Shown here: in pieces, positions 15,279 to 24,100 of the stretch
Numbering within the stretch: position 1 is the first letter of the stretch
Layout: every line of letters starts with the position of its first letter
Assembly: GCA_016181965.1 (NCBI GenBank)
Contig: JACOYH010000007.1
Span: forward strand, 7,110 to 71,109
Direction: 5' to 3'
Source of the DNA: Candidatus Nealsonbacteria bacterium
Lineage (GTDB): Bacteria; Patescibacteriota; Minisyncoccia; Minisyncoccales; MHMH01
DNA: 64,000 bases
Notes under the pieces: model-generated
What the model saw: only the letters and a program-made list of their open reading frames with translations
Told to the model about the DNA's origin: nothing
Databases searched by the model: none
Position numbers and translations under genes: made by a program

Positions 15279-16439
15279 ATGAAGGAAAAAACAAACCAAA
15301 TTTCTAATGGGGTGAAAAGGGTCTTATTTTTGGTTACTCAATCGGAAATGGGGGGCGCCCAGAGGTATATTTTTGAGTTGGCGCGCGGTCTGGATAAGCA
15401 AAAATACGAAATTTCAGTTGCCGCCGGCGAAGGAGACGGAGAATTATTTGAAAGGATTGCGCCCCTGCAAGTCAAAACGCACCAACTAATAAATCTTAAA
15501 CGCGCGCCAAATCCCTATCTCCTTATTGCTGCGGTCGTGGAGATAAGGAGATTGCTTAAAAAAGAAAAGCCGGATGTCTTGTTTCTGTGCTCCACCACGG
15601 CCGGATTGCTCGGCTCTATCGCAGCTATTTTCTTGCCCGCAAAAGTAGTATACAGAATTGGCGGCTGGGCATTCAGGGATCCGCGGACTTTTTGGAAGAA
15701 TTGGCTGATTTTGCTCGCAGAGAAGATGACTGCTCCCCTTAAAGATAGAATCATTGTCAATTCGGAAATTGATCGTAATTTAGCTATAAAATACAAAATT
15801 GCTCCGCCGGGGAAAATAATCAAAATCTATAACGGCATTGACCCGGATTCTTTAAACTTTTTAAGCCAACAAGAAGCCCGGAACCGGTTGACACCAGGTG
15901 TCAACCAAGGTGTCAACCAAGTCGTGGTTGGAACGGTGGCAAATTTTTATAAAACCAAGGGATTAGAATATTTAATCGAGGGCTTCGCGAGGTCCGACCT
16001 CGCCAAAGGCGGGTCAAATCTCATTATCATCGGCGAGGGGCGAGAACGGCCGAAACTGGAAACCTTAATTAAAAAACATAAGATAGAGGATAAAGTCATT
16101 TTAGCTGGACGTCTGCCTGACGCTTACAAATACTTGAAGGCCTTTGATGTTTTCGCGCTTCCCTCCCTAAAAGAGGGCTTTCCTTGGATAATTCTAGAGG
16201 CAATGGCCGCTGAAGCGCCGATTGTCGCTACTAAAGTCGGCGCTCTGCCAGAGATCATTGATGACGCTAAAGAAGGATTTTTAGTAGAGCCGAAAAATAG
16301 CAAGGCCTTGGCTGAAAAAATAAAATGGGCGTTAGAACATCAGCAAGAAGCCAAAGAGATGACCGCTCGAGCCAAAATAAAAGTTCTCGCTCGATTTTCT
16401 CTCTCTAAAATGATTGAGGCCACTCAAAATGAACTCTAA
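15279..16439 (+). CDS. glycosyltransferase family 1 (GT4-type)
   Basis: ALPSLKEGFPWIILEAMAAEAPIVATKVGALPEI. Transcribed divergently from the 5538-15140 operon. Carries palindrome P2 copy 2. Confidence 0.85.
   Translation: MKEKTNQISNGVKRVLFLVTQSEMGGAQRYIFELARGLDKQKYEISVAAGEGDGELFERIAPLQVKTHQLINLKRAPNPYLLIAAVVEIRRLLKKEKPDVLFLCSTTAGLLGSIAAIFLPAKVVYRIGGWAFRDPRTFWKNWLILLAEKMTAPLKDRIIVNSEIDRNLAIKYKIAPPGKIIKIYNGIDPDSLNFLSQQEARNRLTPGVNQGVNQVVVGTVANFYKTKGLEYLIEGFARSDLAKGGSNLIIIGEGRERPKLETLIKKHKIEDKVILAGRLPDAYKYLKAFDVFALPSLKEGFPWIILEAMAAEAPIVATKVGALPEIIDDAKEGFLVEPKNSKALAEKIKWALEHQQEAKEMTARAKIKVLARFSLSKMIEATQNEL
15886..15920. repeat. Palindrome family P2, copy 2, with a tandem duplication of one arm, in-frame inside a GT4 gene
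   Basis: GGTTGACACC a GGTGTCAACC aa GGTGTCAACCAA, encoding PGVNQGVNQ. Confidence 0.85.
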
Positions 16440-18351
16440 ACTGCTCAAAACGATAATTTTTATATTGATTTTGGGCCTCTACGCCTCACTTCTTTTTTAT
16501 AAAATTGACTTCTTCTCGCTATCCATAAACGACTTGGGCCGGCATATTCAAAACGGCCGAACGCTTCTTGAAACAAGAGACATTCTCACAACCAACTTTT
16601 ATTCTTACACTAATCCTGATTTCTCTTTTATCAATCACCATTGGCTAAGCGGCGTTATTTTTAATTTTCTGCATTCATTCTTTGGATTCGGTGGTCTGGT
16701 CGTATTTAAGATAATTGTTTTAACGGCCGCTTTCGCGCTTGTTTTTCTTGCCGCAGTAAAGAAAGCCAATTTCTGGCTGGTGGCTCTTTTCTCTTTGCCA
16801 ACCATGCTCATCCTGAAAGAACGCGCCGAACTTCGGCCGGAAATTTTCAGCTATCTGTTCACGGCTATTTTTATTTATTTTTTGATTGGTTTTGAAAAAA
16901 ATCCTGCGGGCAAAAGAATTTTCTGGCTTATTCCCCTGCAAATTTTATGGGTAAATTTGCACAGCTTTTTCTTTGTTGGCATTCTGCTGACAGCCGGCTT
17001 TCTGCTGGAAAAAATTCTTCTCAACCTTAAAGATTTTAAAAAGCTGGCCCTGCTTTTAATAATGTTGATAGCGGCCTGTTTTATCAACCCCAACGGCATT
17101 AAAGGGGCTCTCTATTTTTTGGACATTTTTGGAAATTATGGTTTTAGAGTTGCCGAAAACCAATCGCTCTCTGCGGTTAAAGACATGTATTGGTGGGACA
17201 TATCAATTCAGATTTTTCTGCCATTGGCATATCTTTTGGCCTTCAGTTTTCTTTTGAATATCAAGCAAAGACCGATCTTTTATTTTGTCTCCGGGCTCGG
17301 CGCAGCCATCGCCTCTTTCTTGGTTATCAGGGGCTTGCCGCTTTTTGCTTTGATTTTCCTGCCGGCCATTGCATTTAATTTCAATAAAATTTTTCTTGGC
17401 ATTAAGAACCATTTCGGCAATTTTTTTGACAAAGCGATGGCCTTATTGCTGGCAATTATTTTAGTTTACGCTGGCTGGGCTTTACATAAAACAAGCGTCA
17501 TTTCAACCGCGGCTCCGCAAGAGCGGGGCGCGGGCTTGGTTGAACATACCAATGGCGCCATAACATTTTTTAAGGAAAATAATCTCAAGGGACCAATTTT
17601 TAATGACTATAACGTTGGCAGTTATCTTATTTACTATCTCTTCCCCGAGGAAAAGGTCTTTGTTGATAACCGGCCCGAGGCCTACCCCGCCGCTTTTTTC
17701 CAAAACATTTATTATCCCATACTGCAGCAAGAGGAAAAATGGCGCGAAGCAGAAGCAGAATATGATTTCAATGTCATATTTTTCAGTCCGCAAAATTTAG
17801 GCAATGAAGAAGGAATATTTTTAATAAACCGCTTGAGCGATCCCGCGTGGCCTTTAATTTATGCCGACGCTTATTCTGTTATTTTACTGAAAAATACTCC
17901 GGAAAATGAAGATATGATTAAAAAATTTCAAATTACCAGGGACAATATCAACGAAAAAATTAATCCTCTGCTGGCATCGGATAAAATAGCGGACAGGGTG
18001 GCGGCTATAAACTTGTTTCTCGCCATGGGCCGGGAGGATTTGCTGGTTCCGGCCCTGCAAAATATATTGGAAAAATGGCCTACATACAGCGGCGGCTGGC
18101 TGCTTCTGGGCCAATTGGCCAGCATGCAGGAAGACGAAGAAAGTTTGAAATCAGCCATTTCTTTTATGCAAAAAGCCATTGACTTAGGCGAAAAAACATC
18201 CGAGGCCTACACGTATTTGGGTCTGACATATTTTAGAACCGGCCAGTTTGAGAAATCCGAGCAAGCCCTTAAAACAGCTCTGCAAATCAACCCCAACCGC
18301 CAAGACGCCAAAAATTATCTATCGCAACTTCAGCAATACTTGAAAAAATAA
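16429..18351 (+). CDS. polytopic membrane protein with a C-terminal TPR domain (possible GT-C-like glycan polymerase/transferase)
   Basis: About 12 hydrophobic segments, then TPR-like repeats (...AYTYLGLTYFRTGQFEKSEQALKTALQINPNRQDAKNYL). The ORF-track start at 16414 is TTG; the ATG is at 16429. Confidence 0.55.
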   Translation: MNSKLLKTIIFILILGLYASLLFYKIDFFSLSINDLGRHIQNGRTLLETRDILTTNFYSYTNPDFSFINHHWLSGVIFNFLHSFFGFGGLVVFKIIVLTAAFALVFLAAVKKANFWLVALFSLPTMLILKERAELRPEIFSYLFTAIFIYFLIGFEKNPAGKRIFWLIPLQILWVNLHSFFFVGILLTAGFLLEKILLNLKDFKKLALLLIMLIAACFINPNGIKGALYFLDIFGNYGFRVAENQSLSAVKDMYWWDISIQIFLPLAYLLAFSFLLNIKQRPIFYFVSGLGAAIASFLVIRGLPLFALIFLPAIAFNFNKIFLGIKNHFGNFFDKAMALLLAIILVYAGWALHKTSVISTAAPQERGAGLVEHTNGAITFFKENNLKGPIFNDYNVGSYLIYYLFPEEKVFVDNRPEAYPAAFFQNIYYPILQQEEKWREAEAEYDFNVIFFSPQNLGNEEGIFLINRLSDPAWPLIYADAYSVILLKNTPENEDMIKKFQITRDNINEKINPLLASDKIADRVAAINLFLAMGREDLLVPALQNILEKWPTYSGGWLLLGQLASMQEDEESLKSAISFMQKAIDLGEKTSEAYTYLGLTYFRTGQFEKSEQALKTALQINPNRQDAKNYLSQLQQYLKK

Positions 18352-18364
18352 AATTACTTTTGAG

Positions 18365-19873
18365 CTATTTTCCTAAGAGCTCGTTTAGTTTATTTCTTGT
18401 AGTTTGAGCAACAACACCGGTCCCCTTGGTTATATCGTAAGGAACTAAGATATCTTGAGCGTATTTTTCTTGAAATTTAACGACGGCGGCCTTAGTTAAG
18501 TCGCCGAAATAAGCGGTTTCATTGCCCGAAGAACCAACACCAGAAACAGCAACTTGAGTGGCGGAGTCGGAATTCAGAATAATCTGCAGACATTTTACAT
18601 CTTCGCCGACATACCCCGCTCTAATATTTCTGTCAAAGCTACCGATATTACACCCCTCGATTTCCCCTTCCCCCACTTCTTTTAATTGAGCAAGCTGGCT
18701 CTGTAGATTTTGCGCTTGAATCAAAATCTCGGCAATCTTGGCTTTTAATTCTTCGGCTGTCATTTCGGAAATCGGCTTTTCTTCGGTTAGCTCCACTGGT
18801 GTCTCTGCTACAATTGGCTCCTCAACTGCCGGAGTCGGAGGAGTGGGGGTAATCGGAATTATTGGCGCTGTCGGAGTTGTTAAAGTAATGGTGGCAGAAA
18901 TAACCCCGGAATTTACTCCGTCAGAACTGACAAACTTAGCATAAATAGTTTTTTTGCCATCTCCTGCTGGCAGGGTCCAGGTTTTAGTTGTGGCATAAGT
19001 TTCCAGCGGGACAAGGAAAAGATTATCGTTAGAAATGCTCATTAGATTCGCATCGCCCGCCTTCAGCTTTAGAGTAACCTCACGGCTTTCGGTAATTGCC
19101 GCTCCTTCATTAATAATCAAAGAGTCAGTGTAGGTGGTGGGCACTGTATAACTTCTGCCACTGCGCGAGGCGGCTGTGGTTGCGGACATTACGCTACCGT
19201 AGCTGTCGCTCTGTTGGGTGAGTCCTCCATCAGACGTAGAAGACCAGGCCCTGAAGTAATAAGTATGATTTTGAGGTAAATTATAAAGGGTTACTTCCGT
19301 TCCGTTATCCCAATATGCCTGATTGCCGGCTGTAATTGAAGTGGGATATGTCGTGCCATCATTATATCTAATCATGGTCTTTTCGTTGCCGGTACCGGCA
19401 GTCCAGGTTATTTTTATTCTATCTGCAAAAGATGACACGCTAAAAGTTGAGGTAGCCGGCTCAACGGGTTTAGTTAAAAAAGTCAGCTCGTCGCCGTATT
19501 TGACGTAACCTCGAAAGTAATAAAGAGTTCCGGGAGCCAAAGGCGTAGTGCCGGAAAGCGTAGTAGTAGTATGCGAAAAAGCCGTACCTCCGGCAGAGAC
19601 GGGTCCGACGAAGGCCTGCGCATCTGTTGAAGAACCTAAATCATAATTTCCCCTAGTGGCGCTTGCGGTTCCCAAATTAAACCCTCTTCTGTCGTATGTC
19701 TCTGAATTTACCGTGGTGGTTAGTGTGCCATTTAGAACAGCTGTGGTCGTGGAAATTGCCGTGGCGGCATCGGTGGTAACAGAGATGGTGGCTGAAGAAA
19801 TTTTTGGATAGCCGAGAAAACCCAATAAAAATACTAAAAATAGCGCGGGGAATATAAAATTTTTGTTTCTCAT
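18365..19873 (-). CDS. secreted surface protein: FN3/Ig-like repeats, P/T linker, coiled coil, C-terminal peptidoglycan-binding (PG_binding_1-like) domain
   Basis: Signal peptide. The C-terminus YVGEDVKCLQIILNSDSATQVAVSGVGSSGNETAYFGDLTKAAVVKFQEKYAQDIL is ~65% identical to the N-terminal module of the 1395-aa protein. Confidence 0.75.
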   Translation of the reverse strand: MRNKNFIFPALFLVFLLGFLGYPKISSATISVTTDAATAISTTTAVLNGTLTTTVNSETYDRRGFNLGTASATRGNYDLGSSTDAQAFVGPVSAGGTAFSHTTTTLSGTTPLAPGTLYYFRGYVKYGDELTFLTKPVEPATSTFSVSSFADRIKITWTAGTGNEKTMIRYNDGTTYPTSITAGNQAYWDNGTEVTLYNLPQNHTYYFRAWSSTSDGGLTQQSDSYGSVMSATTAASRSGRSYTVPTTYTDSLIINEGAAITESREVTLKLKAGDANLMSISNDNLFLVPLETYATTKTWTLPAGDGKKTIYAKFVSSDGVNSGVISATITLTTPTAPIIPITPTPPTPAVEEPIVAETPVELTEEKPISEMTAEELKAKIAEILIQAQNLQSQLAQLKEVGEGEIEGCNIGSFDRNIRAGYVGEDVKCLQIILNSDSATQVAVSGVGSSGNETAYFGDLTKAAVVKFQEKYAQDILVPYDITKGTGVVAQTTRNKLNELLGK

Positions 19874-19926
19874 GTCCTAATTAACGACTATTAATATTAA
19901 TCATTCAGTTATTTTAACACACATAT

Positions 19927-19934
19927 GGGGGGGG
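19927..19934. repeat. G8 homopolymer in the upstream region of a surface-protein gene
   Basis: atatGGGGGGGGcaaaa, 54 nt upstream of the ATG at 19873. Confidence 0.9.
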
Positions 19935-20042
19935 CAAAAAGAAGTTATCCACAGAATTAGAAATCGGAGAAACTCAACTTGTGCGACACTCGGTGTTGCA
20001 CAAATGCCCGACATCGGGAATCGGTAACTTCAATGATATCAT

Positions 20043-20885
20043 TTAAAAGAATGATTCGAGCCAAAAAGTGAAGATTGAAAAAGCGCTAAAAATGCTGGCT
20101 TGGCTAGCGGCAATTTGCTCTTGCAAAACCTGAATTAATTGATTTAGAAGATCCAATAGCTGAAGTTGGAGGGTTTCTATTTTGTCCCGCAGATCAACGA
20201 CCTCTTCGCCCTCGCCCTCGACCTCCGCAGGAGGCTGAACCTCTTCGGGCGCCGCCAAAGTTCTCACTGCTTCAAAATTTGATAAAACAGTAGTCAAACT
20301 GGTGCCTCTATCGTTGAAAGCCACCGCCAGCCGGCCGGAGTATTCAGTATCTGGCTGGAGACCGGTTTCATCAATATAAGAAACATTTGCTTGTTCGGTT
20401 CGCGCCACTACCCTTAAGTTGCCGTCCAGAATCTTAAAACCGAATTCATTATTGGACTGGTCTTGAAAATGCCAACGAAGAGTTGTTGAGGAAATCGCCT
20501 CCGGAGTTCTGGCCTGCAAACTGGCGATATTTTTAATATCTGCGGTAACAAAAATTCTTCCGCTAAAATTTCCGGAAATCGCTGTATCAAAAAATGGCGG
20601 ACTCAAAACCCGGGCGACTTCGGTCTCATCGCCATTCCAATCTGCGGAAGAGCCATCTTGCCAAAATGTCAATTCTGAAATAACAGTGTGGTCGGCTGTA
20701 CCGGCATTACTCAAAATGATTGACTGTTTGGGCGCAGATAGAGTCAGGTCTAAGACCAAAACCCGTGAGGTATTATAGGGAATATCGTAAGTAGATTGAG
20801 GATTTACCTTAAAGTCCTCGGCCACAGAAGCCGTGGCTATGGTCGGCAGAAAGATAAAAAATAAAAGCAAAAAAATTCTTCTCAT
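20043..20885 (-). CDS. secreted protein with an FN3-like domain, acidic linker, C-terminal coiled coil and hydrophobic tail
   Basis: Signal peptide MRRIFLLLFFIFLPTIATA; ...LRWHFQDQSNNEFGFKI...LQPDTEYSGRLAVAF...; LRDKIETLQLQLLDLLNQLIQVLQEQIAASQ. Confidence 0.6.
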   Translation of the reverse strand: MRRIFLLLFFIFLPTIATASVAEDFKVNPQSTYDIPYNTSRVLVLDLTLSAPKQSIILSNAGTADHTVISELTFWQDGSSADWNGDETEVARVLSPPFFDTAISGNFSGRIFVTADIKNIASLQARTPEAISSTTLRWHFQDQSNNEFGFKILDGNLRVVARTEQANVSYIDETGLQPDTEYSGRLAVAFNDRGTSLTTVLSNFEAVRTLAAPEEVQPPAEVEGEGEEVVDLRDKIETLQLQLLDLLNQLIQVLQEQIAASQASIFSAFSIFTFWLESFF

Positions 20886-20953
20886 TATTTTATTATACCA
20901 TTATGTCAGCATGATGTCAGGATGTCCGGCACCCCTCAATTCTGTACTTGTTA

Positions 20954-21007
20954 GGTCTGTTAGAGCCAGGCTCTAACAAGCTTGTTAGAGCCTGGCTCTA
21001 ACAGACC
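20954..21007. repeat. 54-bp perfect palindrome centred on ACAAGCTTGT
   Basis: ggtctgttagagccaggctctaacaag|cttgttagagcctggctctaacagacc. An extra taacagacc copy follows at 21011-21023. Confidence 0.9.
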
Positions 21008-21026
21008 TGCTAACAGACCTAACAGA

Positions 21027-21057
21027 AAACAAAAGCCCCCGAGATAATCTCGAGGGC
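21027..21057 (-). terminator. Rho-independent terminator of the 1395-aa surface-protein gene
   Basis: Minus-strand RNA gcccucgag auuau cucgggggc (9-bp stem with one G-U pair) followed by UUUUGUUUU. Confidence 0.65.
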
Positions 21058-21116
21058 TCTTGCTTTTCTCCCGCACAATCTCTCACAAGGAAAAAGATGC
21101 GGAAATTCCTACAGCG

Positions 21117-24100
21117 TTACTTAGACAGAGTCAGAGTTTGCGTCGGCAAGCCGGAGACCTTGTAGTCCACGCTCCAGTCGCTGGTACCCATTGTGTGGGT
21201 TCCGCCAGCTCCGGATCTATCAGACCAAACGAAGGTCGCGGCAGTTGAAGTGACTGGCATCACGCTGTTTCCATGAGCCCATCCGCCGCCAACAGCCGTT
21301 TCAAAGGAACCGGTTGTGGTTGCAGTGGATCTCTTTTCAATCTTGAAAGACAGCGAGTCGCCGGCCGCACCGCCGTAAGCAATGTCTCCTCTCAACTCGT
21401 AGGTCTTGGTTGCGCCTGCGGAAATCGTCTGCTCGTTCTTAGCAACGAACCCGACTCTGGCGCCGCCACCTGTAAAGTTGTGGACATAGTAACCAGTGTC
21501 AGTCGTGGTAGGCAGAACTTCTTCGTTTGTCGCAACATCGTAGACCTTCATCGTGCTGGTGGCAACCAATGACTTGGCCACGTTAGCAACGTCAGTCGTT
21601 GAGGTACCAATAAAGATGGCAGCAGTGGTTGTTGAACCGCCGGCGCCAACCGTGTAGGCCTCGGAACTGACTGTAACGTTACCTGACACGTCAAAGATTA
21701 CTTTCTTCCAGCCAATGTCTCCGCCCGAATCAGCCGTAACAGTCCATCTGTAGAGCACCTTTGTGCCAGCGCCAAATGAAGTGCTGGGCAAAGAGGCGGC
21801 TGCCACAGTGGGCTTTGTCTTATGGAGAATCTGAACATTACCGCAAATCCTCGCTGTGTCAGCACTAATCGTAGAACCGGAACTTACTCCGATCGCGTCG
21901 GTGCTGCTAGCCAGACATAGCTGTGGAGCGTTACCGGTCGTGGCTCCAGCTTGATCAGCTGATTTCACGCCGTAAATGTCGGCTTTAACAAGCAAGGTTT
22001 TAGTGGTATCTCGCGGAATTCTCCAGTAAGAGCCAACCGGGAAGTTGAATGTGGTTGACGAGTCAGTCAATCCGGAGCTTACCAAAACTTGGTCCACTCC
22101 TAATTTAGTGCTGCCGTCCCACAAACTGACATTGGCGAAATCAGCGTCAACTGCCTGTGTCCTGTCAATACTGATCGCCTTGACATCAATATCTTCCCTG
22201 GCAGCAGTGAGAGTCACAGCCAAGAAGGTTACATCCTGCTTAACAGCGCCGGTGTTGCCAACCGCGACTATCCCTATCTCGGGATTGGTCGGAGAAGGCG
22301 CGGCCTGTACTGTCAGGGTTCCTCTGGCCTGAACGGTCACATAGTTGATAGCTGCCGGGCTTGAACTGGTACTGAAGTTCACGCCGCCAAGAGCCGAACT
22401 GTAGCTCAAGGTGGTAGTTGGCGTTGAGTTGGAACTCAAACCGGTAAAGACGATGTGCTTTGTCTGCTGTGAAGCATCAGAAGAACTGGAAATACCGAAA
22501 GCGATACGGCTGCCAGCTACTGCGGTTGAGGAAATGTCGGCCTTAACGGTAATCGTTTTTTGACTACCCTTAGTGACATCAAACCCTTGCGAGTTTAAGA
22601 AGTCAGAGGCCGAGAAGGTCACGGTTGTTGCCGTAGACGAGTCCCAGTCCCTAAATGTAGTCAATCTGGTAGTTCCTTCGTAAAGGGCGATGTTTTCCAA
22701 GTTGTCTTGGTCCGCGTCGGCAGGAGCGCCAGCGATATCACTGCTGGAGGCGCCCGAGGCGCTCAACTTGATGTAAGTCACCCTGACATCTTCAGATGAA
22801 CCGGCGGTAAACACCAATCCAACAATTGAAATTCCGGTCGCTCCGACAATCGCGTTCTGGTCGCCAGGAATAGCGGCTGCGGAAACGGTCAGAACTCCCT
22901 CGCCAATAGTCATTGTTTTACCAGTAACCGATGAAACGGTTTCGGTCAGCGTGGCCGAAGAAGCAACACCGGTGGTCACAATGTCAGCATTATTGGTAAG
23001 TTGCATATTACCGGTAGCCAAGGCGGTTGAAGTCGGAACATCTGCTAAAACCTTCAAAACCACGGTCCCTGAAGCTGGCACTGTCAGATTAATACTGAAA
23101 GCGGCTTCAGTTGTCGGCGCGGTAACGGTTGAGCCGAGCTGGGTTCCGTCAGAAACTTTCAACAGTTTGACATTGGTGTAATCGCCCGACGCCGCGTTTG
23201 ATCCCGCTGACTTCAGGTCAATAGTAACTGACGAGACGGTCAGGTCTTCTCCGGAATCAGCCGTCAGATTGAATCTTAAGAACTCCTGGTCGGTTGCGCC
23301 CTTAATAATGTTTTGCGCGGCAGGAGTGTTGGCATTCAAGGTAACGGTCAATGCGCCGCTGGCGCCAATGGTGTGAAGATTGGCATTGCCGCTGGTCAAG
23401 GTAGTGTCGCTCTGCGTAATGTCATACTTTGACTCTAATCCGTCAACCCAGACGTCGGTGTTAGCGGCGATATCCAAGTCAAGCGTTTTAGTAGCTGTGG
23501 CTCCGCTGGGAATATCGGCTTTAACCTGAATTGTTTTGTTGCCCGACTTTGGCACATCAAACAATCCGGGGCTGTCGTATCCCACAGAGTTTGAACCGAA
23601 TGTTGCGTAATTACCGATTAGAGATACGGCGCTGCCGATTTGCGTTGAGCCGTCCCAAAGAGTGACATTGGAAATATCAGTGGCCGCGCCATTGCCATTG
23701 TTAAGCTTTAGCCGCAACTTGACAATTCTTACGCCCTCCCGCGAACCCGCGGAGAACTTGAAAGCCGAGAATAATCGGCTGGTAGTTCCCTTGGTGTAGG
23801 TTTGAGCGGCCGGGTTGTAAGCCGAATCAATGTTAACGGTTAAAGTGCCTTGTCCAATGGTCATGGTTTGGCTGGTCTGCTTACTGAAAGCGGCTGTGTC
23901 TGATGCGGCTACTTCTATTGAGCCGCCGGAGTTAGCTCCGTAAGACGCAACATCGCTCACTTCGGTGATCTCAAAAAGCACAGTTCTGGCTGTGGAAATT
24001 CCCGAAGCAATGTCAGCGTAACCGTAAATGGTCTTTGTGGCGCTGGCCAAGATTTGGAAGGGATTGCCCGACAAATCAATAGTGGCCTTGCCCTGGGAAT

